A stretch of 54,294 nt of DNA, the filler included, from Sphacelaria rigidula (Eukaryota), in the NCBI GenBank assembly GCA_964200075.2. It is 5 parts of 5 records of this genome, joined end to end, with 100 filler letters (N's around TTAATTAATTAA, not from the genome) between each part and the next. Parts side by side here need not be neighbours in the genome. Positions count along the whole stretch, not along the records: positions 21,760 to 32,538 come from CAXNAA020005927.1; positions 32,639 to 43,416 come from CAXNAA020005928.1; 3 more parts are not named here. One strand, given 5' to 3'. The translations under genes were made by a program, and so were the position numbers. Below are positions 22,847-35,401 of the stretch, in pieces (position 1 is the stretch's first letter; every line of letters starts with the position of its first letter). A model generated the notes under the pieces. That model made no database searches, was not told the DNA's origin, and was given only the letters and a program-made list of their open reading frames with translations.

Positions 22847-23520
22847 GTGTGATATATCAAACAAATAGCGCGACGTTTTGTGAGGTGTGCTGTGCGCGCG
22901 GGCCGCCACGGTATATATATATATATATATAGTGGGCCATTAGATCGTTTCGAGTATCCCGTCGAGTGTTTTTTTACAGCAGCCCGGAACTTTGACACAC
23001 GACTCCTCAGAGAGTGGTGTAGAAGTCCTTGTGTTGGAGGCGAAAACCCTACTGTACGTTGATGTGGAGCATGACATTTTGAGAAGCCTAGACATCCATG
23101 ATTTATTACTTATGGTAATTCTCTGAAGAGTCGCAACCACACTACTGTAGATAATTGTAAGGGTACGTTTCACTAAAATGTGTCGCAGTGTCATCCTTTG
23201 AACAAACAGTGCAGGCTGGGCTCTAATTTTACCGCTTTCCGCACCACATGAACAAGCACATGTCACACATCTCCGTAGCCTCTCGATGTGAACAGGTTAT
23301 GAGTCCTCGACAAGCACCTGTGGGTAACGTACCCATTTCATGCGGTACTGTCCACAAGAATGTAGTCGCATGTGCACATTGGTTCGATTTGATCTGGTTT
23401 GAGTTGAACGATTGATTGTTGCACATGCCTGTTCAATTTTTTGTGAGTGCCTGGCCATCCGCGCTCGTCTTCTTCCATATCCGTATCAACGCCTACCCAC
23501 TCACACATTTCCAAACACAG

Positions 23521-23755
23521 GCGTGGCATCGACCGACGGGTCAGACGAGGGAGACGCGATATTTTTCGCGGTCGTGTCCGCGTCGGTCGGGAGTGTTTCG
23601 CTGAGTCTCCTAGAGCATCAGCCCCAACGTGGCGAGAGCGGCGAAGCTGAGGAGGACAAGAGGGAAGCGACCACGGCAGAGGAACCCGAGTCCATTTCTG
23701 TTCCTGTGCATGGCCTGGGTACCGTCAGTATTCGATCCGTGCCAGTCACCCTGCG
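23521..23755 (+). CDS. VPS13B-like gene, internal exon (235 bp)
   Basis: ACACAG|GC..CTG CG|GTGAGA; reads VASTDGSDEGDAIFFAVVSASVGSVSLSLLEH..RSVPVTL. The phase-2 end joins exon 25551. Confidence 0.75.
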
Positions 23756-23863
23756 GTGAGACATTGTAGAAGAGTTCGGTGGGCCATTTTAGTGGTACAA
23801 CAGAGGTCTCCGTTATTAGTGCGGCAGTGTGATGAATAGTGTAAATGCAGAATATTTGGGCCT

Positions 23864-24135
23864 CACGAGCGCGAAGAATACTTCGTAGGGAGGCGTCCAC
23901 GAGATTTATGCTGATTTTAGTATGCAAGTTCCTCCGCACCCGCCCCGGAGGATGGCTGTTCGAGCCAACGCCAATGCTAGGGGTCCAGTAGTAAGGTTTT
24001 CACGGCTGACGAGCGCGAGGAAAAAATCGTACGGAGGCATCAACGTGATGTATGCTGATTTTAGTGTGCAGATTCCGCCGCACCCGCCCCATGATATGGC
24101 TTTTGGGTCGGACGACAGTGCCAGGGGTTTAGTCC
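23864..24135. repeat. Intronic tandem duplication, about 145 bp x2
   Basis: ACGAGCGCGA...ATGCTGATTTTAGT.TGCA..TTCC.CCGCACCCGCCCC...ATGGCT at about 23865 and 24010. Confidence 0.8.
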
Positions 24136-25550
24136 ACGTGTTTCGTGCTACATTTTGTGTCAGTTTTCAGCCGTGTAATCGTACAATCGCTTTCAGGGTC
24201 GTTCGGACGGATGCGTCATGAGCAGAACCTCGCCCAACCGCACCAGCATGCACTCGGCATGTGACCCAGTTCTGCACGCGGTCACGTGTGAGAATCGATG
24301 GCGCCCGGAAGCATCTGACCATGACATGGGGATTAGATTGTGCCGCGTTATCGTACGGTCATCTTCAGCGTGTTTTGTCTGCGTCTACTACCCGTGATAG
24401 CACAACACTCGCCAGCTACTTCATAACTACGGTAATATTTATATTGTGAAAAAGTATGGTCATCGATGAGCTTTTTTTCGATGCTTGCTTCAAGTTGTGC
24501 TGCTGTGAAAACATCACTCCGTCTGCACCCACGACCATGTTACTGCCTACCTCATCTACCGATTATTATTGAACGGATAACGTGTCGATAAGAAATTTCT
24601 ATAGTTGTGGACACACAGAGCATGAGGCTTGACCTTCGTGCTACGGCCGTTTTCGCCGTCGAAACCCATTGATATCGTCAACGCACATCGAATCGAAGCG
24701 AGCGGTTCGGCAAGGACACGGGCAACGCGCAGCGATGACGCCGCGCTGCGAGTCCTGTCGATTTTTCCGCACATCCATAATTTCAGTAAGAAATTTAAAG
24801 CGCGTGCAGAGAGGTAGTCTACGCCGCGCCGCGAGCCCTGTCGAATTTTCCGCACGTCCGTAATTTCAATAGTAATTTAGAGCGGGTCACGGAGATAGTC
24901 TCTCGTGAGCAGGGTGAGATTTTACCCACTAATTTCAATATAAATGTAGGGCGGGGGCGTCGTCAGCCACCCATCACCTCATTATCTAGAGATATTACAG
25001 AAAAAAAAACAGGTTTACTTTTCGAAGCGTTTGCACCGGCAACTGCACCGCTGCCGGTCCACATCATTAATGATCCTCTTCGCAGTCTCCGCATCAACAC
25101 AAGAATACAAACTACTACAAAGCACGACGGCTTGGCTGTCGATAACGTGTCAGCCGTAATCCGCTGAATAAGGAACGGCAGCCGGCCGAATGGCGGCAAG
25201 GGCCTTTGTGTACATATGTATATATATATATATATATATATATTCACCGCACTCTGTCGGAGTCCCACACACCAGAAAAGCCCGTCGTGGTGCAGTACAG
25301 GTAGAGCTTGTAAACGAGCAATATTGATCGCAGTGTATTTCGGGACGGCTGCTGCACGTGTGCTCCCGTCAAGTGTATATGGCTATTGATAACGTAGCCA
25401 AGTGTGCGAGTGATTGTTGGAAAAGTCGATTCCCGACTCGACGCTGTCCATTGCGCTTCAGACGTGACAGCTTCTGTGATCTTGTCATCAGCTCTTGAGA
25501 CATCGTTGTGCGTTCGTGGCGTTGTCCCGTGAATTTTTCTTCCATTCCAG

Positions 25551-25627
25551 ACCATTGCTGCGGCCGCCAGTCGCGTTCGTCGTTGCAACAGTTACGGGCG
25601 TTCATGTTGACGCTCACGTCTTACCTG
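25551..25627 (+). CDS. VPS13B-like gene, internal exon (77 bp)
   Basis: TTCCAG|A CCA..CCT G|GTGAGT; reads (R)PLLRPPVAFVVATVTGVHVDAHVLP. It enters in phase 2 and exits in phase 1, exactly bridging exons 23755 and 25918. Confidence 0.75.
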
Positions 25628-25917
25628 GTGAGTTCCACTTATTTGCAGTTTCTACATTTCCTCCTCCAGCGTTCTTGGCGCGGGGTATCCTTGTACGCCA
25701 ACCACAACACGCACTTGGAAAATAACGAACACGCCATTCCTAGTTGCTCGCTATTTCACACCTGTTCCTGCCTTTTGAGAAATATCCACTGCTCTATAAC
25801 TGACGCCTCTGTCGCATTTTTCGCTGTTCTTGAACACAACGCTTCCGGTCATATCACATACACCATACACCTGTCCTTCCCCGTTCTTCCCCCTTCTCCA
25901 CAAAACAACAACGAAAG

Positions 25918-28900
25918 ACGGCAAGGAACTGGCGGCCGATGTGAAGCTCCAGGTTTCTTCGGTTGCTGTGCGGCATGTGCGCGGCCTTGGCGACCGTGGT
26001 GCCCCCGCTTCTCCTGAAAGGCTACCCCGTAGCGACGAAGTAGCGGGAGGAGAGCCACGCAGTAAACTCGAAGACGCCGAGTACGAACCACAAACCGTCG
26101 TGTCTTGGGGCGATGTGTCCAAGAGTGGCATCGACGTTGCTGCTGCTGCAAATGGGGGTGATCAGGAGGAAGGCAAGGGGGGTGTTGATGATGCTGGCTC
26201 CGATGTTCTCATCGATCCGCGATCGGCGGCCGACGTCCGACGTTGCTTGCTGGAACGTCTGCGAGGGTTGCCGTTGGTTAGCGCAGACGAGATTGTCGAG
26301 CCCGGCGCTAGCCCACGCGACGGCGACGGTGTTGATGGCGTCACGGCGAGGGCAAGTCCAAACAGTCGGTCATTTGTGCGGTCATCCCAAAAACAATCGT
26401 CGCTGAAATCGTCGTCGCCGCTGCCACCGCCGCCGCCGCAGCCATCGCAGCCGTGGGCGCCAGCTCCATATCCGAGGATGCTGACTGCCGGCAACAAATT
26501 TGCTGTTCAGTATCGCTTGCTGAAGGTGAAGGATGTAAGTGATCGGCGAGGCGGTGAGGCGGCGGCTCCGCGGGTTGTTGCAGATAGGACCTCTTCTTGC
26601 CATGACCTCAGAGTGGGGTCGCTTCGAGCGCACCTTACGCAAGCGCTCTTGGAGCAGCTACTGATTTTCGCCTGCGTTGGGAAGGCAGGAGAATCACGTG
26701 CCAATACTTCCCAGGGAAAGTCATCCTCGTTTGCCTGTGTAAAAGAAGGCAAGGGTACAGGACGCACGAGCGCTGTGTCGCGGGGTGGTGCACACAGACA
26801 CGGCTCCTTCTCCCCGGTTCGGGGTGAAGTGCCACGGATGAGGCGTGCGAGTTGGTCACCGTTGCGAGGCGCTAGCATTCGTGCGATGCTGTCAAATCCG
26901 AGAGGTTCATTGGTAGTGCCGCCCCCGTCGCTACCTATTGCGACTGTAGACACTTCCGTAAATGTCGTGTTGCTTTCGTCTAAGGTCGCGCTTGACCTCA
27001 CCACGGCTGATCGCGATCTTCAAGAAGAATCGGCAATTGATGTGCCCGCTATGGCACATGGACGCCCAGCCTCCGATTGTGGCATTCTGTTTTTGGTTTT
27101 CTCGATCGATCAGGTGGGAATCAGCTGCTCAGAGTCCGTTTCACACTTTGCAGGATCAGCGGACAAGCAACAGGAAGTGCGTACCTCGGCCGCCTTGGGT
27201 ACGAGACTGGACGAGAGCGATAGCCGCGTGTGTACCCTGTCGCTCCGCGCTCTGTCCGTGGTGGTTATCGACGAAGAGTCCGCAGCAGATGCGCGTGGTG
27301 GCTTCCCGACACAGCGGGCGGCGTGGCCACTTCCGGAGAAGGTGTTCGCGGCAGCATCATCGATTGCCGAACTTCCCGCCACGCAGGTATTGTTGCAAAC
27401 GGGCCCTTGCCGTGTAACGGCAGAGATTGTGCGCGAGGAAACATCTGAAGCTACGCGCCGGGGAGGATCGCCATCGAGAATGGAGACGTCGGCAAACCAT
27501 GCAGCACGTGGTCCGTCATCACCGTCGTCGTACAGTATTGTATTTAATGCGTCTTGTGAATCTATGTGTGCGTGTGCCGGGCCTGGAGTCACCCTGCTGG
27601 TGCTCGAAGCGTTTGCGCTTGCCAGGAAAATAAGCCTTGAGGGACGCCTGAGCGACGCCGACGGACGCAAGAGCGTCGGCAGGACGGGGGAGTCCAACAC
27701 GTCATGTGATCGGTGGAGGCGTGCCTGGGCGTCGGGCGTGGCGTTCATGATTGAAGGCGTCAGCGTGGGCGGTGTGGTGAAGAGAGGGGGCCACCAGTTC
27801 ACTGGTATCCTCCGGAGACTTCGCGTGAGTCACGTCGGAAAGAAAATGAGGCACGGGCAGCGATTCTCTGATATCTCCCATGATGCGGCTATGTTCGAAG
27901 CCCGAGATGACGGCAGCGAGGCCATGTCGTTCTCGATCGACAGTTTCGATAATAGGGGGAATACCGGCGTGTTCGTGAGTAGCGACTTCAAGTTTGCCGT
28001 TCTGCACTATACCAGGATCAAAAGAGCGCTGCATCTGGTCGATTCAGCAGTTCGCGACTGGAAGATTGGCGCCGCCAGTCCTCGAGTCCTCGGCGACGGG
28101 CAAGCGGCAGCGGGTACGAATACATCGCACGCCTCAGTTGCACAAGCGGGGGGGAAGACTGGTGTTGTGCACTTTGATTTCCGAGGTGCCGCTGTTTCTC
28201 TACAGTTGCCGTTCGAGCTGTCGTTGAAGGTAGAAGGTGTGCGTGCGAGCTCGCGCCGTATGCCTCAAATCGTGAGAGGACGTCCTCCCCAACACCAGCA
28301 AAGCATCATAAGAGGACGTCCGCCCCAGCACCAGCTAAGCAGTCGCAACGGCGGTAGGGATATGACCATCGACCTTCTTGCTGGCGATGTCATGGTGCTG
28401 CATGCCGCACATGGCGCCCGATCGTCTCCGCAAGATGACCAGCAGCCGGCAATACGCTGCGCTGCGCTCGGGGTCGTGAGGTTGAGGCCCAGCGCCAACG
28501 CCGCTTCAGTAGCGCTCGAGAGTGATGATGTCAAGGTGTGTTTGACGCCGGCGTTTTGTGCCTCGTTCGGGTCGTTCATACGCTTCATGGTGGGACCGCC
28601 ACCAGTACCACCATCTCCTAACGCCGGGAACTCACCGGCTACCATGTCTCCGACCGCGGGAGTCGTCGATTTTAGCACCCCGGCGTCTTTCAGTTTTGAG
28701 CTTAAGATAGGCCAAGTGATAGCGGACTTTGTGACCGGTCCGTGCAATCCTTGGGCGATTTCAGCTAATTTGATCGTCGACGGTGTGTTGATGCGACAGA
28801 GCAGCACCGCTGCCCCGCCGAGCTCTCCCGCTTCAGGAAGCTCGGCATCGTTCGAGATTAGTGTCGAAAAGCTTGAAGGTACTCAGCGACGGGACCCCGC

Positions 28901-30380
28901 CCGGAACGCACCCGCGCTGCCGCAGGAGGCAGTGGGGTTGATCAGGGAGTTTATCAGCCGAACCCCTGCATTAGATGTGTTCATTGAGTGGCTAGCGGCG
29001 AGGAAGAACCGGCGCTTATCAGATTCCGCGAATGTACAGCCCTTTGTCGTGGCTCTCCATGGTAGCAGCGGCAGCAGCAACGGCAACGGCCGAGCCGCGA
29101 CAGATGGCCGAGCTTTTTCGGTGGTCACGACTACCAGGGGACCTCGACAAAGGCTTATGAATGGTCTCACTTTACGACTCGCTCCAACGCTGCTAGCGTT
29201 TTACCCTCCCATCGCCCGCCTTCTGGTGGGACACTACAACCGCTTCGGGGGACAGGCCTTCCGGTCGTTCCGTGCAAGAAGTCAACTGCCGCGCAGGAAG
29301 ATCGGGGTCATGACGTATGACATGGACATACGGGGTAGTGGTGTTGTGTTCCTCGCGTCTCTCGCGGTCGGTGCGCGCGGCTTGCATGTATTTGCGGGTC
29401 AGGTTACGGTGAGGCAAAACGAGCCGGCAGACAGGGTGGCGCCGGAACCGCCTTCGTTGCCAGAGGACCCTCGAAACCAAGCGTTGTCCATGACTGGTTT
29501 CGTTGGTCCGGTGGGCGTGACCTTCGTGCGAGACTGGCGGTGTCTTCTCCCAAAAAGCATGGTTTCCGATGCCCCGCCTTCCGGCGCGCTCGGCGGACGC
29601 GACGGTCTGGCGCAACTGTGCGTACCCGTCGACTTGAGATGGACGGTCAGCTACAACCACATGGACCGCTTTCGCCAAGACATTTACCTCTCCTCCGTTC
29701 AACTTTACCTCGAGCAATCGCACTTTGATCTGTGTTCTCGACTGTCGCAAATATTTGTGGCTGCTGACTTCCCGGGGGCGCTTGCCCCCACCTCCCGGTC
29801 ACTATCGTCGGACGACTCGACGATTGCTGACACCAGCAGCGGGCGCGTTGCCCACGCCGTTGCTTCGACGAACAGCAACAACGCGCTGTTGCCTGTGGAG
29901 CCTGCAGGGCATCCCACCGGTGTGCCAGCCGCAGGCAATCTCGCGACGTCCACGGATGTTCAAGGACCGGAACCTGACGATGATTCCGGCATCGACTCTT
30001 TTATGAATCTGTCGCTGCGGCTCCCACTACTGCAACTTGTCCTCGCGATGGGCAAGAGAGACGGACCGTCCCCGCCAGTGCTGGAGATCGACGTCGCCAG
30101 TATTCGCCTCGCCCAAGGGGGTGTGCTGACGGTGCGGCATGTGTCTGTAAACAGCTGGCCGCAGCAGCTACAAAGCGGAGGAGAAAGCATGCGACCGACG
30201 GCTGTGCAACACCGGAGTGGCGGCGCCGGCGTTAGACGCCGTCATCGTGTGCTTGAACGTTCCGGGAAATCGGAGGAGTCCGGCAAAGATTTCGCTCGCA
30301 TGGAGGTGCGCGTGCCCACGGCCACCACACGGACGGGAAGACGTGCTTCTCAGCAGGCGAAAGTTGACATTGTCTTCCAG
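25918..30380 (+). CDS. VPS13B-like bridge lipid-transfer protein, very large internal exon (4463 bp)
   Basis: Lies in the 1540-aa ORF. Acceptor ..CAACAACGAAAG|AC at 25917 and donor CAG|GTATGG at 30381. Repeated amphipathic beta-strand plus helix units typical of repeating-beta-groove proteins (FELKIGQVIADFV; LCVPVDLRWTVSY..QDIYLSSVQLYLEQSHFDLCSRLSQIF; LSLRLPLLQLVL) are separated by low-complexity loops. Confidence 0.8.
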
Positions 30381-30620
30381 GTATGGAGTGCCTGCAATGC
30401 ACATACTCCCTTTGTGTTTCTTGATACGATCATCCACATGTGTGAGTGTTAATACGACATATAACATAGCTGTGTGTCCGTACCCCCGCGGATAGTAACA
30501 GTCCGTCGGCAGCCGCGGTTGAAATGTTGATGTTATCGACACTCACGGTCTCCCGAAGTGCTTAACCCCCTTCCCGCCACGTTCGGACTTTTCGCCATGC
30601 CCAACTGCTGATTACGACAG

Positions 30621-31859
30621 GTCGAACCGTTCAACGTCCACGTTAATCCAGATATCCTCTATGTATTATCGGCATACGCCACACCTGTCCCTTACGAGCC
30701 GGGCTCCCCGGAAGCTCGGGAAGCATCATTTCCCAACTCTGTACGCGCGGCGGTCGCTGCTGCCCCCACCACGACTACGTCGTGGCACACTAACGACAGT
30801 CCCGCTGCACCATCGCCATCCTTGAACCTCGCTGCGGAAGACTCCTCAGAACACAACGGTCTGCGACCTCGTTCTTTGTCTGGCGTCAGAGAACCGTCAA
30901 CGTTCGAGCGGTCAGCAAAGCAGGCGGCGGCCAGCATGAAGCTCATCGCACCGCAGGTTTCGATCGTTCTATCTTCTTATCCCGGCGGACCCGCCTTCAT
31001 CGCCACCACGTCTCACGTTTTCTTGCGAGGGATCACGCGGGCGCCTGGCGGTAGCAGCGGCGGTGGCGGTGACGAGGTGTTCGCAAAGGTATCGCGGCTG
31101 TCCTGCAGCGTGGACTGCTGGCGGGATGAACCCGTGTCACCGTTGCCAAACAAGAGCACGACCTGGGCGGGAGGACCTCGGCGACTCGACGTTCAAAGAG
31201 GCGACGTCGTGCTGAAGCCATTCGACGTCGATATACACCTCACCCGTCCTCAGCCAAATGGCGCAAGTGGCAGCGGTGGTAGCAGCGGTAACGGCGCTCG
31301 CAAACCTACTTCATCAACCCTGGGATGGCATGCGGGTATCCATGTCGATGACCTTTACTTGCGGGTCGGTGCCACGCACACGTTCAGTCTCGAGCGCCTC
31401 GCTAGGCTCTTCATCCCCGCATTGGTCGCTGTTGAATCGACGGCGGACAAGCTGACGCGTGGCCCAAGCGGACCTCGGACTGCCTCCGTTGCACGGGGGC
31501 GCGGCGCTGCGCATGCCAACGACCTCCTTGTGTTGGAACGCGTGGAGGCGCCTGACTACGTCCGAGGCGAGAAGATCGTGAAGCCGAGGCCTGGTCAAGC
31601 TGTTTTTTACGGGCTCGGCACGCGTCAGCTTGATGCGCAAGAGGAGGCGACTAGTGGACCGAGCGCCAAGGGCGCAGATGGTGGGGAAGATGGCTGGGTG
31701 GTGTGCTGCGAGTGGAAGTACTCCGGACTGAGGAGAATTTCTCAGCTTTCATTGCCGTGCGCGTCTGTTGCCGAAGGTTTGCCGCTTGTCAGCAGACTGG
31801 TGGTCGATGAGTTGGAGATGGAGCTCAGCTTTGTGGACCCGTTGACTGGAGACTTCAAG
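30621..31859 (+). CDS. VPS13B-like protein, next exon (1239 bp); no further exon identified before the contig end
   Basis: GACAG|GTC GAA CCG in phase 0 (VEPFNVHVNPDILYVLSAY), donor AAG|GTGCGT at 31860. Contains VLKPFDVDIHL..IHVDDLYLRVG and ANDL..PRPGQAVFY..WKYSGLRRISQLSL..MELSFVDPLTGDFK, which parallels the animal VPS13B segment DDL..P..YEVLFY..W.YPEPR.LT.V.I..CSLEYWDEL..F (recalled from memory, not aligned). Confidence 0.8.
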
Positions 31860-32109
31860 GTGCGTCGATGTGCCATGATCAGCTTGGGTATGCCTTCAAG
31901 TTTCTTTTCCGATCGTTGAGCGTCGCCAGGACGGCTTCATGCCTCTAGTGTGATGCTTTAATGTGCTGCTTGTTTTTCACAAGATACGCGAGTGTTGAAA
32001 AATAGTGTAAACTGAGAGCTCTACGCCGAGGGTGGAGTTTTCCTTCGTCGGTGACGTTGCGTGAATTTTCATGATTTTGGCGAAGACGAAGATATGATTC
32101 AATGGAATA

Positions 32110-32538
32110 TTAACCCCCCCCCCCTGGTCCGGCGAAAACTCGGCGTGCTCCGTCCCGACTTTGTAGCGATAGACCCCCTATGCGGTTGGCGTCGGTTGGC
32201 AACGACGCCATAAAACGCACCACTCACTGCTAAGCTAGGCAACCAGGTTGAAGTTTTTTTGCGCGCTTGCATTTTTTTTGCGGTAAACATGATGGTGTGT
32301 GTGTTGTTATCCCATCTATTCTGGACGTTGGTCTACACCTTTCGGTACATGTGGGCGCACCAGCCGGGGTCACACAGGAGGAAGGTCAACTCTGGAGCTT
32401 TTCCTTTTTTATGTGTTTTTAGTACCCCACCTTCCTTTTGCGGTGCTTGCCTTTATTTTTTATCGCGAGAGAGGTTCAGCAGTCCCTTTCCCTCGTCGAC
32501 CGTTCAGTCGAATTTTGTGTACCCACGACATGGTCGCT
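32110..32538 (+). repeat. Dispersed non-coding repeat (possibly SINE/LINE-derived), running to the contig end
   Basis: Poly-C followed by a block homologous to 2275-2355 (reverse), then T-rich segments. The class is inference. Confidence 0.5.
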
Positions 32539-32638
32539 NNNNNNNNNNNNNNNNNNNNNNNNNNNNNNNNNNNNNNNNNNNNTTAATTAATTAANNNNNN
32601 NNNNNNNNNNNNNNNNNNNNNNNNNNNNNNNNNNNNNN
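32539..32638. other. Artificial contig linker N44-TTAATTAATTAA-N44
   Basis: Same 100-bp structure as the other gaps. Confidence 0.99.
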
Positions 32639-32831
32639 CGACACTGTACTCGAAGGATTGTTTACCGCCTGCCTGCTCTTCGGCTTCATGCACGAGTACG
32701 CAGTACCACGCTCGTGCAGAAAATGACCGTCCGTGTACAGAACCGTTTCACAAATCTGTGACACTGTACCGTCTGTACAATAAAACGGTCCCCCCGATTT
32801 TGAGAAAACGAATTTGAGTCGAGCAATGCTA

Positions 32832-33066
32832 CGGTAGGGGTGCACTTTTTTCGCGAATTTATGTCTAGTTCAAGGGCTCCTGACGATTCTAGATGCACAA
32901 AAATATGGGTCAGGGCATTCCCGTTTGCAAATTCATCCGGAATATCCCCAGCACATTGGGGTAGTAATTCTGGCGTCCTTTCACATATTCTAAAAGGTCG
33001 TGTTTTGCATGAGATAAAGGGCTCCTGACAATTCGAACCTCAGAAAATATTTGTGCACCCCTACCG
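32832..33066. mobile_element. MITE with TA TSD (Tc1/mariner-like), 235 bp
   Basis: TIR CGGTAGGGGTGCAC / GTGCACCCCTACCG; TA at 32830-32831 and 33067-33068. The reconstructed empty site is the palindrome ATGCTAGCAT. Confidence 0.85.
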
Positions 33067-33120
33067 TAGCATCACTCAGTCCCCCCGATTTAGATTCGTT
33101 TGCCCTAAAAGTGGGTCTAA

Positions 33121-33589
33121 GGCCAGATGTTATGGCAAACAGACTTTTGGCCCACAGATTATTCACTTTTGGGACGTTTGACCCCCGAAGAGGGAAAACC
33201 GCCACCACACGTCTTGGACACTTTGCATCACCCCACAGAGAGGAGCCTAGTCTTCTTTTCAAATTCGCTTGGCTCCGAGGTTTCGAGATTGGCCGCTGAA
33301 CTAAATTCGTGTGCAAAAACGTGTGCTTACCGACTCCCGCCAGTTTGCCCAATAATCTGTATATATTTCCATAGATTTTGTTGCACACGGATTTTTGTTC
33401 AGCGGCCGCTCTCGAAACCTTGGAGCCAAGCGAATCTGAAAAGTAGGCTAGGCTCCTCTCTATGGGGTGATGCAAAGCGTCCAATACATGTGTTGGCGAT
33501 TTTCCCTGTTTGGGGGTCATAAAGTGGCTCTTACACCATGAAAGTGAACAATCCGTGGGCCAAAAATCTGTGTGCCATAAAATCCGGCC
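33121..33589. mobile_element. PIF/Harbinger (Tourist-like) foldback MITE, 469 bp with ~200-bp inverted arms
   Basis: Left GGCCAGATGTTATGGCAAACAGACTTTTGGCCCACAGATTATTCACTTT versus reverse complement of right end GGCCGGATTTTATGGCACACAGATTTTTGGCCCACGGATTGTTCACTTT. TAA duplicated at 33118-33120 and 33590-33592. The arms pair to about 33320/33380. Confidence 0.9.
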
Positions 33590-33653
33590 TAAGTGGCCTG
33601 CAAAATACTGACATGAATTTCTACCGACCTGGTTTTGAAACGCAATAATATTA

Positions 33654-33760
33654 CGCGTGGACCCAAAGTTTTTTTTTCATGAGTTGAGGGCATTTTACTG
33701 ATACCTGAAAATCTATTATTGCCCTCAACTCATGAGACTGATAAAAAATGGGTCCACGCG
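33654..33760. mobile_element. Very small hairpin MITE, about 107 bp
   Basis: CGCGTGGACCCA..TCATGAGTTGAGGGCA versus TGCCCTCAACTCATGA..TGGGTCCACGCG; flanks TA/CA. Confidence 0.7.
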
Positions 33761-35401
33761 CAATTTGTTTTTGCCCTGTTCATTGTCCATATAGTGTTTA
33801 CCACGGCGGCGCAAGTACAGGCACTCCCCCCCAAAAACACCGTGTCTCGAGAATGTTGGTCCAATTCAAGCATTGCTGTCATGGCACGCGAATGAGTCTT
33901 CGAAGGGAGGGTGTCACGCGAATTTCAGGATCCAACTCTAAATATTGGCCGACAAACGGGTCTGCAAACTACAAATCCGCCTTCAGGCTGGCCCAGCTCG
34001 TATGTGTTCTGAGTGTACACATCTATATATGTCACACTCGCTTTTCAGCGGTCCTGTCACGGTCCCGTATCCCGAAAGGTATCCTTGACATTGTTTCGTG
34101 TTTTTGTGTTGTCATAGACCACTTGTTTGCGATAAGAAGGGCTTCTGTAAGTCGAGGAACCCATTTTACTCCTTTGACAGCATTTCACGCACGAGTAGAG
34201 GACAAGGCAAATGATACCACCTCGGAATGACATGCTCTACTGCTCGGGAGATTTCAGTACGACGTTGGTGAGATTTAGCTCACGCAGTCGCACTGTGGGT
34301 CCAAGACAAATTTCTTTACTAACCCTAGATAGTGATACCTGGAGTATCAAACTTTCCCACGATTCATTGATCTCCAACCCCAAGCTAGGCTGAGCGCATC
34401 GAAAATTGTGGAAAACACCGTGATAGTCTCGGAACAGTAGGGTACATCCTTCGGAGATGGCACGACCCACGGGGCCGTCTCTTCTCCCGAAACCTGCCAC
34501 GGATGGGTGGTAACCCTGCAACAGCGACCTGCAAATAACGTCGGATCTCATCGACGAAAAAATAACTCCGTCATTCTCCCCGCATGGGGTCGTCGTTGCG
34601 CCCCTTTCTCGATATGCAAACGGTGATTTTGAAGGCAAACCATGAGACGTTCACGGTGGAGGCTGATCCGTGACAGGTACCGTTGGAAAGCTGAGGATTG
34701 CAGCTATTCTGTGATGGTATGTCTCGCATCTCATGGCGAATGATTACTTTTCTTCGAGAACATGATGTCTGTTCTGACGTGTTGTTTTATAACCCAATTT
34801 TCAAAACCCGCACGGGGAACAACCAGGTCCACTGAAGAGCCTGACACGAGACAATAAAATGGGTGGTTCAATTGGTTTTTAACTCGTCGCAGTCGGGGAG
34901 TTTTGGCCCTTCCAAAAAGGGGGCAACCAATGCTCAGTGGTGGCACGCCGTTGCTATTTTTTTATCAGATGAAAAAGACACGGGTGGTTCATGCATCCGG
35001 ACTATATTTTTTCCAGTATATTTTTCAAGGCAAGGGTGCAAGCCGTATCCCCAGTTGGTGTGTCCAAAACTCCCGCAAAAGTAGTGTCCTTTGCGTGTTT
35101 TATCAAAGCGTGTTTCCGGGAGGCAAAAAGCACGGGGTCATTCGCTTCGCGTCAGCTTCAGTTGAGGTCAGCCGTGCATTTTTTCGATCCTGTAGCCGGA
35201 AGCCACCCGTCATGTCGTCTGTTGTCGGTTTCTCAGCTGGCTTTTCCTTTTTTCTTGAAGACAACAGCTCTTGATAATCGTTCTGATACACCGTCGATTG
35301 TACAGCTGGTGATCGACCGCTCATGATCTTGTGTGGGGCACTCAAGCTGTACATTTTCGAATGACCCGGAACATTGCAGTATTGTTTACGTGTATACATT
35401 T

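Noticed and set aside
26162..30190. Many minus-strand and alternate-frame ORFs
   Set aside because: They are shadows of the GC-rich VPS13B-like coding exon.
34237..34638. 133-aa minus-strand ORF with possible splice sites
   Set aside because: No recognisable homology and no partner exon.
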